From: Wolbachia endosymbiont of Onchocerca ochengi
GTDB lineage: Bacteria; Pseudomonadota; Alphaproteobacteria; Rickettsiales; Anaplasmataceae
Direction: 5' to 3'
DNA length: 32,000 nucleotides
Assembly (NCBI RefSeq): GCF_000306885.1
Contig: NC_018267.1
Coordinates: 420,001 to 452,000, forward strand
In this document: in pieces, positions 1 to 8,984 of the stretch
How the letters are laid out: each line of letters opens with the position of its first letter
Numbering within the stretch: the stretch's first letter is position 1
The notes under the pieces: model-generated
What the model was told of the DNA's origin: nothing
The model's database searches: none
Seen by the model: the letters and a program-made list of their open reading frames with translations, nothing else
Position numbers and translations under genes: made by a program

Positions 1-54
1 TATATTAATGTTATAGTACTTTATCGATCAAAAAATAAAAAGGGGAAAATAGCT

Positions 55-1368
55 GTGCTTATACAAGATAACATTTCACTTTGCAAACGATGGATATTTT
101 TGGCAGTATGCGCTCTTGCTTGTTCTGGGCTACTGTCGATAATTGTTGTTTTCCTGCGGTTGCCTTTTGTTTTCTCTCTCATTCCCTCTGCACAATATAT
201 CTTTGATAATGCACTAGTGATACATGTGAATTTATCAATTTTGGTATGGATGTGTTCTATAATATCTTTACTTTTTATTATAAACCTACAAAACACCAAT
301 AATTGGCTTAGCTTTTTATGGGTTCTGTCAACCCTTTCCATGCTACTGATATTTGTGTCAGCATTTGTTCCGGGTACTGAAGTTATTAAGAGCAACTATA
401 TTCCCGTGTTACAAAACAAATTATTTTTGTTTGGGCTTAGTTTGTTTATTATCAGCATATTGGTAAATGCAGCTTTTACCTGTATGTTAAATAGGCAAGT
501 CTCATACTTTTTTGTTGGGCAAGTTGGGTTAGTTATTATATTTGTATCGTCGTTCCTTTGCCTTGTTCTAGCTCACAGAAACATGCCTGTAGATTTATAT
601 CACTTAGATAAAAATTTATTTTACGAATATCTCTTTTGGGGAAGTGGACATTTGCTGCAATTTGCTTTTACTCAAGGAATGTTTTTAGTTTATTTGATAA
701 TGTTGAGTTCCAGTGTCAATCTAACTTCAAACAATAAAATTGCTATTTTGCCACTATTTATAAATATGATCTTGGCTGTATGTGGACCATTTATATATTC
801 TATTTACTCGGTGAATAGTGCTGAATTGATACAGTTTTTTACTTGGCATATGAGAACTGCTGGAGCAATTTTGCCGTGTTTTTTAACAATATTAGTGTGT
901 CGTAGTATAAAAAGCTTACTTAATGATAAGAACAGTTATTTATTACACTCATTTGTGTTGTTCACTTATGGAGGCATACTTGGAGTACTAACTGTTGAAG
1001 GAAATGTTACCATTCCTGCTCATTATCACGGTTCTGTAATTGGCATCACTATAGCTTTTATGAATTTTGTTTATTGGTTATTACCAAAACTGAACTGTAA
1101 AGAGGTAGAAAACTTTGTGGTAAAATTGCAAATTTATGCCTATGGCTTTGGACATTTTCTTCATATTACTGGTCTTGTTTGGCTTGGTGGATACAGTGCC
1201 TTAAGAAAAGTTGCGGATTTGCCAAGTATTTCATCAATATTAGCACGTACCTGCTTTATTGCGGGTGGAGCTATATCAGTTATTGGTGGAGTGTTGTTTG
1301 TAGTAATTGTGCTTTTATCTCTGTTTAAAGGCAGAGCGCGTAGCTGTGCTTCTTGGAATAATTCATAG
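55..1368 (+). CDS. Polytopic membrane protein, distantly like heme-copper oxidase subunit I, with no partner subunits nearby
   Basis: 437-aa ORF with a GTG start 9 nt after AAGGGG (40-45) and roughly 12 hydrophobic segments. YLFWGSGH (aa 192-199) and PAHYHGSVIG...W (aa 321-341) resemble COX1 LFWFFGHPEVY and AHFHYVLSMG. A His in an early helix (VIHVNL, aa 55-60) resembles COX1 TAHAFV. The family assignment is from my memory of COX1. Confidence 0.6.
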   Translation: MLIQDNISLCKRWIFLAVCALACSGLLSIIVVFLRLPFVFSLIPSAQYIFDNALVIHVNLSILVWMCSIISLLFIINLQNTNNWLSFLWVLSTLSMLLIFVSAFVPGTEVIKSNYIPVLQNKLFLFGLSLFIISILVNAAFTCMLNRQVSYFFVGQVGLVIIFVSSFLCLVLAHRNMPVDLYHLDKNLFYEYLFWGSGHLLQFAFTQGMFLVYLIMLSSSVNLTSNNKIAILPLFINMILAVCGPFIYSIYSVNSAELIQFFTWHMRTAGAILPCFLTILVCRSIKSLLNDKNSYLLHSFVLFTYGGILGVLTVEGNVTIPAHYHGSVIGITIAFMNFVYWLLPKLNCKEVENFVVKLQIYAYGFGHFLHITGLVWLGGYSALRKVADLPSISSILARTCFIAGGAISVIGGVLFVVIVLLSLFKGRARSCASWNNS

Positions 1369-1940
1369 AAAAATTCTTTAACAAATTTCTTGCTAACTCC
1401 TATTATTATACTAATAAAGATATTGAATTATCTTCAACCTTTGCAGGTCAAGTGATGGAAGTATTACGAGATTAGTGTCTTATATTTTATTTTTATGGCT
1501 TTATGTCTTTACTAGATTTTAGTTTTTATCCATACAAGCTGAAATGCATTTATAGAACGTTAAAAAAATGAGAACATCAATTTACAGGATTAGAGAATAA
1601 TAAATAACTGTCTGCATGAGGATTTCTTTTGTTTTTTTTCTGAGCATTTAAACTTAGGATATCTGATACAGTTTAAGAGTAGCTAAATTGCAGCGCTTTA
1701 AGGCTTAGAAAAAACGCTAGTGCTAGAAGTAAGTACTGGCGAGGATTTCTTCTGCCTTTTTCTGCTTATTAAAGCTTTTGATATTTTATTATTAAGGGAA
1801 TTTAAGAACAGCTGAATCGCAGTGTTGTAGAAAATACGATATTTAAAATATCTACTTCTTTCTAGGTTATACAAGAAGTTTAATTGCAATTATTGATCAT
1901 TCAAATATATAATCTGTTGAGACTTATGTAATCTTTATAG

Positions 1941-2441
1941 ATGAAAGAAAAAGAAAGACAATTTAGTTTTACATCGGAAAATCTTGAGAAGGCAAAAAAG
2001 TTTATAAAGATGTATCCAAAAGGGAGAGAGGGTAGTGCTGTTATGCCTTTGCTATACTTGATTCAAGAACAATGTGGATGGGTTCCTAGATCTGCAATGT
2101 GCTACATTGCTGATATGCTTTGTATTCCACATATTCGTGTGTACGAGGTAGCAAATTTTTATACTATGTATAATTTAAAACCAGTGGGTAAATATCTTGT
2201 ACAAATTTGCAGAACAACTCCTTGCTGGTTATGCAGTAGTGAAGAAGTTCTAGATGCCTTTAAAAAGAAACTAGGAATTGATGTTGGTGAGACCACTAAA
2301 GACAATCTGTTTACTTTAAAGGAAGTTGAATGTCTTGGTGCATGTGTTAGTGCTCCTGTTGTACAGATCAATAATGATTTTTATGAAAATCTTACTCCTC
2401 AAAAAGTAGAGAACATTGTAGTAGAACTTTCAAATAAGTAG
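1941..2441 (+). CDS. nuoE: NADH-quinone oxidoreductase subunit E (24 kDa, 2Fe-2S)
   Basis: 166 aa with an ATG start. The cysteine pattern CRTTPC ... CLGAC (Cx4C ... Cx3C) and overall NuoE-like sequence support the call. Its stop TAG is followed immediately by the tgt ATG. Confidence 0.93.
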   Translation: MKEKERQFSFTSENLEKAKKFIKMYPKGREGSAVMPLLYLIQEQCGWVPRSAMCYIADMLCIPHIRVYEVANFYTMYNLKPVGKYLVQICRTTPCWLCSSEEVLDAFKKKLGIDVGETTKDNLFTLKEVECLGACVSAPVVQINNDFYENLTPQKVENIVVELSNK

Positions 2442-3641
2442 ATGAAAAGAAAGTTTTCATTTAAAATAACTAAGCAATTAGGTTCTGCAAGAGTTGGTAC
2501 TATTGAAACTCCAAGTGGAAATATAGAAACACCGGCATTTATGTTTTGTGCGACAAAGGCTGCAATTAGAGTTTCAGATATCGAGAGAGTCAGCGAAGCT
2601 GGCACTCAAGTAATACTGTCTAACACATATCACCTAATGCTTCAACCAGGAGAGAATACCGTAGAAAAACTTGGTGGGTTGCACAAGATGATAGGATGGA
2701 ATGGGCCGATGCTAACTGATTCTGGTGGATACCAGATATTTAGCTTAGGACACGGATCAGTTTCAGAAGAGATAAAGGGAATAAGAAAAAAACAAAAAAC
2801 TCTAGTCAAAGTTGATGAGTATGGAGCAGTTTTTCGTTCTTACATCAATGGTAAAAGTTATTGTTTAACTCCTGAAAAGTCTATTCAAATTCAACGAAAG
2901 TTAGGTGCAGATTTAATCTTAGTTTTGGATGAATGTACCCCGTTTCACGTTAGCAAAGAATATACACAGAAATCAATGCTTATGAGCCATAAATGGGCTG
3001 AGCGTTCTTTGAATGAGTTTAAAAGAAATAATAATGGCAAACAAGCACTATATGGAATTAGTCAAGGCGGAGTGTATCAAGATTTGCGTAGAGAGAATTG
3101 TGATTTTATTAATCATTTACCATTTTTTGGTCAAGCAATAGGTGGATCTCTTGGTCAGAGTAAGAAGCAAATGCATGATATAGTTTCTTTTACTATGGAA
3201 CATTTAAAAAGAACGAGACCTACTCATTTGCTTGGTATTGGTGGAATTGTGGATATCTTTCATGCAGTAGGGCTTGGAATCGATACGTTTGATTGTGTAC
3301 ATCCAACTCGTTTAGCAAGACATGGTGGTGCGCTTATTAAAGTGAAAAATAGGAATTCTATTATTTCGAAGTGCAAAGAGCATATTAATTTACGAAATCA
3401 ACAATTTAAACTGGATAATAGTCCAATTGAAAGTGACTGTCTATGTTTTACTTGCAGAAAGCATTCAAGAGCTTATATATACCATTTGTTAAAAGCTAAA
3501 GAACTGCTAGCCTACACTCTTATTACTATTCACAATATTTTCTTTATGAATGAACTGATGAAATCAATAAGACAAGCGATATTGAATAATAGACTAAATC
3601 AGGAAAGGAGTAACTGGGTTAGTGAAACCGTCATTTTGTAA
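2442..3641 (+). CDS. tgt: tRNA-guanine transglycosylase (queuine tRNA-ribosyltransferase), divergent
   Basis: 399 aa with LTDSGGYQ, LVLDEC, NTYHL, FDCVHPTR and the zinc motif CLCFTCRKHSRAYIYHL. Two motifs are atypical: FMFCAT where FMPVGT is usual, and GGSLGQS (3141-3161) where GGLAVGE is usual. Confidence 0.9.
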   Translation: MKRKFSFKITKQLGSARVGTIETPSGNIETPAFMFCATKAAIRVSDIERVSEAGTQVILSNTYHLMLQPGENTVEKLGGLHKMIGWNGPMLTDSGGYQIFSLGHGSVSEEIKGIRKKQKTLVKVDEYGAVFRSYINGKSYCLTPEKSIQIQRKLGADLILVLDECTPFHVSKEYTQKSMLMSHKWAERSLNEFKRNNNGKQALYGISQGGVYQDLRRENCDFINHLPFFGQAIGGSLGQSKKQMHDIVSFTMEHLKRTRPTHLLGIGGIVDIFHAVGLGIDTFDCVHPTRLARHGGALIKVKNRNSIISKCKEHINLRNQQFKLDNSPIESDCLCFTCRKHSRAYIYHLLKAKELLAYTLITIHNIFFMNELMKSIRQAILNNRLNQERSNWVSETVIL

Positions 3642-3668
3642 CCTTGTTTCTTCTTAAGTTTTTTCTTC

Positions 3669-4710
3669 ATGCTGTTAGCTTTTTTTTCTTATTATTGATT
3701 TTGAAATTGTTACAATAGATAATTAACCTGTTAGTATTGGCCTTTTTATTCTTGATCGGTAAAATTATAAGATGAAGATATGGCTAAAGGAGATGATATT
3801 TTATTAATATTCAATTTTGGTAATACTGTTACTAATGGATGCATGTATAGTCGTTTTACTAGTAAATAGAAAGAGATTATGGTTTAAAAAATGGAGTGTC
3901 TAATAATGAATAGGAAGGTTTTTAAAGGATGAAGGTGAAATAAAAAAAAGGCTGAAACCTGTACTGTAATCTGCACTTTCAAGTAGAGTAAAGGTCAATA
4001 TTGTATCGTCATATGTATGCTATGAAAGAAAATAATGGAAGATTATTTAAGTTTGTTTAAGGAGCAAGCAGTTGGTATTTTTATGTTTAGTGATTTCTAA
4101 GAGAATTATTATATTATGTTTCCAAAAAGACTCATAGAACAACAGAGTTAAGTTAGAGAAGATTTACACTATCTATAAGGCAATTGTGAAACATAAAAAC
4201 AAACATGAAGTTGCTAAAGATCTGTTTTTGGTTTATAATAGTATAAATAGTATAAAGAAAATTAATAAAATTATTAAATTAATAAATAAAAAAGAGGAAT
4301 GGCCTTGAAAAAAGTAGGCTGAGTATTAAATAAAGAAATACAAAAAGTCAAATTTAAGGGTGGTAGGCACTATAAATGAAAATGGTGAAATGGTAGGAGG
4401 TGTTAATTATCTAAAAAGTACAAGAATTTATTAATGCAACCTATGTAAGAACCTATATACCGAAATTTTAGGTATTCATAGTCATTGTTAAAAAAAGTTA
4501 TTATCATTATTGCTTACTAAGAAAAAGGAATCAAGTACTGGTATAGTTGTTGATGAGATTAGGAGTAAAAAAAGAGGATGTTAAAGGTATATTATTGTCT
4601 GAAGGATAAACAAGATTAATGCACTCAAGACATTATGCAGCGTTGACCTATCAAGCAAATAAAATCTACCTGAGGAATTATCACTAAGTGGAAAATGAAT
4701 ATGTATTTTA
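3669..4710 (+). pseudogene. queA: Decayed queA (S-adenosylmethionine:tRNA ribosyltransferase-isomerase) relic
   Basis: There is no ORF here. Frameshift-tolerant translation gives colinear QueA-like motifs: LFILDR (3742-3759), GDDILLIFNFGNT (3789-3830), RVVGT (4357-4371), NFRYS*SLL (4464-4490) and HYAALTYQANKIYLRNYH* (4631-4687). These correspond to RLLVLDR, GDLLVFNNT, AVGTT, TNFHLPKSSLL and Y..A...YRFFSYGD. The boundaries are approximate. Confidence 0.5.
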
Positions 4711-5389
4711 AATTATTTCTCTTAGTACAAGTTCAGGGCAACCAAGGGTTTTTTTAGAGATTGTTATTCAAAAAATAATAGGTACTATTTGTAATTTCTT
4801 CGAAAGAAAATGATAACGAAAATTGAAAAGCAAGGCAATAGTGTAATAGAGGAAAAGTGAAGTTACTGTCAAAGGAAATAAACCAATGTAAATCTCTAAA
4901 ATAAAAGTATACTATTGACGCCGTAGTCTGGTTATGAAAAGAAAGGTAAAAGATCAAAGATCTTATAAGTAGTTATAAAGGCAACCAGCTGGAACAAAAG
5001 GTATTAATGTTGTTGAGCCGTAATTTATAAAAAAATAGGTGTGAATTTTAACTCTATAGGAGGAGGCTATAAAGAAAAATATAAATTTAAGCAGAAGACT
5101 ATTATTGCTTCTGAAAGCCATATGAAAAAGTGAAGATGGGGGATAAAGCTAAAGCTATTGAAAAAAGTTGATGATTTGATAACACATTGTTTAATTTTAT
5201 AATGTGTAAGATATATATGACAAATTAGAAAAACTTATCTAGGTTGGGTTAAGTTATATGAGAGAGTAGTTGGTACCCGTCTCTTATTTCATCCATATGA
5301 TAAATATCATAATATATAAAACTAATTTACTAAAAAAGTGGCACTTTTCTGTAATTTGAGTATAATTCTAGCTTTGCCTAAGCAGAAAG

Positions 5390-6898
5390 ATGAATCATTT
5401 AATGGACTATGTTTTAACATCTCTTTCCTTACCGCTTTTTATTACTGAAAATTATTTGTTAATTACTGCATTGATTCCGATGCTTGGTGCAGTAATTATC
5501 TTTTTTACCGGTAGATGGCCTAGAGTAAGTAACAGTATTACTGTTGTCTCTTCTGTACTTCTATTTACGTATACGTGTCTGTGCACTTTATATTGGGCAT
5601 ATAGTGATTATTTTCAATTTATCCTCATTGATTTTGGTAATAATTTACATATTAGTTTAAAACTAGAGTCTACAGGAATAATATTTAGTTTATTAATATC
5701 ATTTTTATGGATATTAACCAGTATATATGCAGTATGCTATATGAAGAGTAACTATCCTGGTAGTAATCACTCAAGTTTCTTATGTTTTTTTTCGGTATCG
5801 ATTAGCTGTGCGATGTTTATTGCTTTTTCCGGAGATTTGCTTACTACATTTGTTTTTTATGAGCTTTTAACTATCAGTACCTATCCTCTTGTTACCTATA
5901 ATGCCACAAATGAATCAGTGATAGCTGGACGCTATTATTTTGGCGTACTATTTTTTTCTTCCTTAGTACTATTTTTTCCAGTTCTTGGTTTCTTATACAG
6001 TGAATTTCATACTTTAGACTTTGTAAGCGATGGAATATTTAAATTTGACACTTCACTCATTACTTTTACTGCAGTATGTTTTACTATGCTGATTTATGGA
6101 ATAGGCAAAGCTGCACTAATGCCAATGCATTTTTGGTTGCCCAAAGCAATGGTTGCACCAACTCCCGTGAGTGCTTTGCTGCATGCTGTTGTTGTTGTGA
6201 AGTCCGGAGCTTTTATCATCATAAAAGTTATATTGTGTATTTTCGGTATCGGTAATCTGCAACGCTTTGCACAACAAAATTGGTTTGCTGGAGGATGGCT
6301 GCCATATGTTGCGGGGTTTACCATTGTTGCTGCCTCGCTGATTGCACTCAAGCAGAAAGAATTAAAAAAATTGCTTGCTTACTCTACCGTTTCTCAATTA
6401 TCATATATTATATTATCCGCTTCAATTCTTAGCGACTTCAGTGCAAAGGTTGCAATTTTTCAGTTAGTTTGTCATGCGTTTGCAAAAATCACTTTATTTT
6501 TTGTTGCAGGTAGCATAATAACGAAAACAGGTGAGAAATATGTGGATAGAATTCATGGCATAGGACGTAGTATGCCAATTGCCATGATAGCATTTACTAT
6601 AGGTGCGTTATCTATGATAGGGGTGCCACCTGCTCCAACTTTTTGGGGTAAATTTCTCATTTTCCAAGCTGTCTCTGACTCCGGCGATTTATCACTTATT
6701 ATATTTGTGATTCTTCTGTTGATTGTAAGCACTATACTCAATGCTATGTACTTTTTGCCAATAATTTACAATGCTTTTTTCTTAAAACCTTCCCAAAGGT
6801 TTTTCATTAAAAAAACACCTATTTTTCTAGTTTTACCACCGGTTATTACTGCAATATGTACTTTTGTTATTTTCTTTAGTTATCAAATAATATTTTAA
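5390..6898 (+). CDS. Proton-conducting membrane transporter subunit (monovalent cation/H+ antiporter MrpD/MnhD or NuoN-like)
   Basis: 502 aa, highly hydrophobic. The core motif AALMPMHFWLPKAMVAPTPVSALLHAVVVVKSGAF is typical of the NuoL/M/N-MrpA/D family. No other mrp or nuo membrane subunits are adjacent. Confidence 0.85.
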   Translation: MNHLMDYVLTSLSLPLFITENYLLITALIPMLGAVIIFFTGRWPRVSNSITVVSSVLLFTYTCLCTLYWAYSDYFQFILIDFGNNLHISLKLESTGIIFSLLISFLWILTSIYAVCYMKSNYPGSNHSSFLCFFSVSISCAMFIAFSGDLLTTFVFYELLTISTYPLVTYNATNESVIAGRYYFGVLFFSSLVLFFPVLGFLYSEFHTLDFVSDGIFKFDTSLITFTAVCFTMLIYGIGKAALMPMHFWLPKAMVAPTPVSALLHAVVVVKSGAFIIIKVILCIFGIGNLQRFAQQNWFAGGWLPYVAGFTIVAASLIALKQKELKKLLAYSTVSQLSYIILSASILSDFSAKVAIFQLVCHAFAKITLFFVAGSIITKTGEKYVDRIHGIGRSMPIAMIAFTIGALSMIGVPPAPTFWGKFLIFQAVSDSGDLSLIIFVILLLIVSTILNAMYFLPIIYNAFFLKPSQRFFIKKTPIFLVLPPVITAICTFVIFFSYQIIF

Positions 6899-6930
6899 AG
6901 TATCTGTCTTTTTGCTTTAGAACTTTAATT

Positions 6931-7836
6931 CTACTGTGAGTTGGTATCTAGATTTAGATGAATTATCGAAATATGTTCTTTGTCGAAACCTATATCTTTG
7001 ATTGACATGCTATCAGTAATATTTAAGAGTTCTGGTGGAGAAATGATAGTTCTTTTATTAAAAGCTCTCATTCCTATAGCTCCAAGCTCTATGGCAAGTG
7101 GTACTTTTTTATCACCAACCTTCAACTGTGTTGTTTGATTTTTGATTATATATTTACCATCATGCCTCATTACGCTATATTTAATCGATATTTCGTCACC
7201 GCACTTTACTTGTTTCCCGGTTTTGTCAATTAGATCATCAAAAATCATCATATTATTTACTAGATCTGGATATTTATCTTTTACTTCAAGTAGTTTAACA
7301 TAATAAGAACTAATGCTCGCTTCGGTATTATTAGTAGTACTGTTTACAGTAATTACACGTTCTCCTCCTTCCTTCATACCTATTGTTCCCAAACTTAACT
7401 CTTTCGAGTTGTTTTGACCTATTTTAAAAGTGACATTAGAGACTTGATTCAAAAGTGGTATTGCTAGATTGTTAGATATTTTATACACTTGTAATAGGAC
7501 TTCCTGACCGCATAAAGCTTTGCTGCCGTTGCCTTCTGTGATTTCGTAAAAGCTTATCATATTTTCCTCTCTTTTTTGCTGTGTTATTTTTTCTAAATAT
7601 TCTGTTATCCCATACTTTTTAATATAACGGTCAAATGCTGATTCAAGTATTGGTTTCACTAAATAGTATGCTATCGTCTGCACTAAGCTATCATGGGTAG
7701 TACTTATCTCATAAAGCTTGTCCTTTTTTTCTGGTTTGCCTTTATTTATGTGTACTATAATAAATACAAAAGCGGAAGTTAAGGTAAAAATTATTATCAT
7801 GGAAACAATCAACTGTAATACAATTTTTTTAGCCAT
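6931..7836 (-). CDS. Membrane-anchored protein with two degenerate FKBP-type PPIase-like domains
   Basis: 301 aa with an N-terminal hydrophobic anchor (aa 5-30). Two segments look FKBP-like: GQEVLLQVY...FKIGQ...LGTIGMKEGGERVITV and CGDEISIKYSV..DGKYI...LKVGD...ELGAIGMRAFNKRTIISPPELL. Its ATG lies inside the last codons of the upstream gene (8-nt overlap, GATGGCTAA). Confidence 0.6.
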   Translation of the reverse strand: MAKKIVLQLIVSMIIIFTLTSAFVFIIVHINKGKPEKKDKLYEISTTHDSLVQTIAYYLVKPILESAFDRYIKKYGITEYLEKITQQKREENMISFYEITEGNGSKALCGQEVLLQVYKISNNLAIPLLNQVSNVTFKIGQNNSKELSLGTIGMKEGGERVITVNSTTNNTEASISSYYVKLLEVKDKYPDLVNNMMIFDDLIDKTGKQVKCGDEISIKYSVMRHDGKYIIKNQTTQLKVGDKKVPLAIELGAIGMRAFNKRTIISPPELLNITDSMSIKDIGFDKEHISIIHLNLDTNSQ

Positions 7837-8560
7837 CTTTTTTTGCTTGATTCAATAAGTCATATAGGTATGACCAGTGTTTTCCTCGGAGTTTGCTGAG
7901 ATTGTTTAAAGCTTGTTCGTAGTTTTCAGTATCATCTTCAGCTTGAAAGATGAGCCCAAGATTTATCCTATAGTTATATAATGCTCTACGTTGTTTATCC
8001 GGTGTATCTCCTACTATAGCACCTATTTTACATGGAGCTGCAAGTAGTTTTGCGGTTTTCATCAGATGCATTTTTTTTATTTTGCCAAAGTTTTTATCAG
8101 AATCTAAAACTTGCTCTCCTACCATTCCTTTAGTTCCTATCATCTGAGATGGTGATTTTATGATTTCATGGCGCTTATTACTATCCTTATTTGGTGAAGA
8201 TAATATTTCAGAAGCGAGAGTAAAAGGTGCATCTTCAGCAACAAGCACTGCTGTTGCTTCATCAAATTTCTTATAGCAGCAGCTTAGCTGATTTTTGCTA
8301 TTATTATTGCTATTGTCTATATATGGCAAGTCATCCTGAATCAGGGAGTGGGTGTGAACACATTTAACTGCTACAGCAATTGATATTGCTTCTGAATTGA
8401 ACACTTGTGACAGAGCTGTAATTAAAAGTGGACGTATTATGTGTTTTGTGGGAGCGAAAAGCACGTAGTGCATTGCTAATATATGCTTGTTTTGGCTAAC
8501 TTTAGATAAAATTTTATCTGTTTCTGCGATAAGTAAACTTTTTATTAACTTGTCTAACAT
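7829..8560 (-). CDS. ispA: Polyprenyl (farnesyl/geranyl) diphosphate synthase homologue, short and with eroded catalytic motifs
   Basis: 243 aa. HSLIQDDLPYIDNSNNNSKN matches the first Asp-rich motif (usually DDLPxMDNDxxRRGxPT) but lacks RRG. FQAEDDTEN replaces FQxxDDxxD. KTAKLL and GEQVLD also align to IspA. Confidence 0.7.
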   Translation of the reverse strand: MLDKLIKSLLIAETDKILSKVSQNKHILAMHYVLFAPTKHIIRPLLITALSQVFNSEAISIAVAVKCVHTHSLIQDDLPYIDNSNNNSKNQLSCCYKKFDEATAVLVAEDAPFTLASEILSSPNKDSNKRHEIIKSPSQMIGTKGMVGEQVLDSDKNFGKIKKMHLMKTAKLLAAPCKIGAIVGDTPDKQRRALYNYRINLGLIFQAEDDTENYEQALNNLSKLRGKHWSYLYDLLNQAKKDG

Positions 8561-8711
8561 TTTTGAATTTATTAGTTTTTTAGCGTATGATACTAAAATA
8601 TGCCTTAGCTAGAGCAGTAAAAAGCTTTGTGATAGTTTATCAATCATAAAAGGTATTGCAAACATAAAGATTTTTTATAACATCAAAGGATAGGTTATTT
8701 TTTGGTAAAAA

Positions 8712-8984
8712 ATGGATAGCGAACTAGCAAAAAGTACTAGAGAAGACATAGAAGAAAAAGTGAAAAAGATTGTGTTAGAACACATTAGTAAAGATGTAGA
8801 GAAGTTTGATAGTTCTTCAAAGCTTTCGGAGCATGGAGCAGATAGTTTAGATGCAGTTGAGATAATTATGGCAGCAGAAGAAGAGTTTGGAATAGAAATT
8901 CCTGATGAAGATGCTCAAATAATGGAAACTATGGAACAAATAGTTGATTATGTAGTAAAAAAACAAATAGTTAGTGGTAAATGA
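8712..8984 (+). CDS. acpP: Acyl carrier protein
   Basis: 90 aa, acidic, with the phosphopantetheine-site motif GADSLDAVEIIMAAEEEFGIEIPD. It overlaps fabF by ATGA. Confidence 0.93.
   Translation: MDSELAKSTREDIEEKVKKIVLEHISKDVEKFDSSSKLSEHGADSLDAVEIIMAAEEEFGIEIPDEDAQIMETMEQIVDYVVKKQIVSGK

Noticed and set aside
21-395. A 124-aa minus-strand ORF overlapping the start of the first membrane-protein gene.
   Set aside because: It is antisense to a much longer ORF with clear membrane-protein periodicity. It has no recognisable motifs and is a typical shadow ORF.
1698-1889. A 63-aa minus-strand ORF in the gap upstream of nuoE.
   Set aside because: It is basic and low-complexity, with no recognisable domain or start context. 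It cannot be supported as a gene.
4240-4310. Short AT-rich tandem repeats (AGTATAAAT/AGTATAAAG, and ATTAATAAA-like units) that superficially look like an array.
   Set aside because: There are only 2-3 imperfect copies of 9-nt units inside decaying AT-rich DNA. There is no repeat-spacer organisation, so this is not CRISPR or a meaningful satellite.
4754-4957. A 67-aa minus-strand ORF in the gap between the queA relic and the MrpD-like gene.
   Set aside because: It is the Phe/Ser/Leu-rich antisense of a purine-rich strand, with no motif support.
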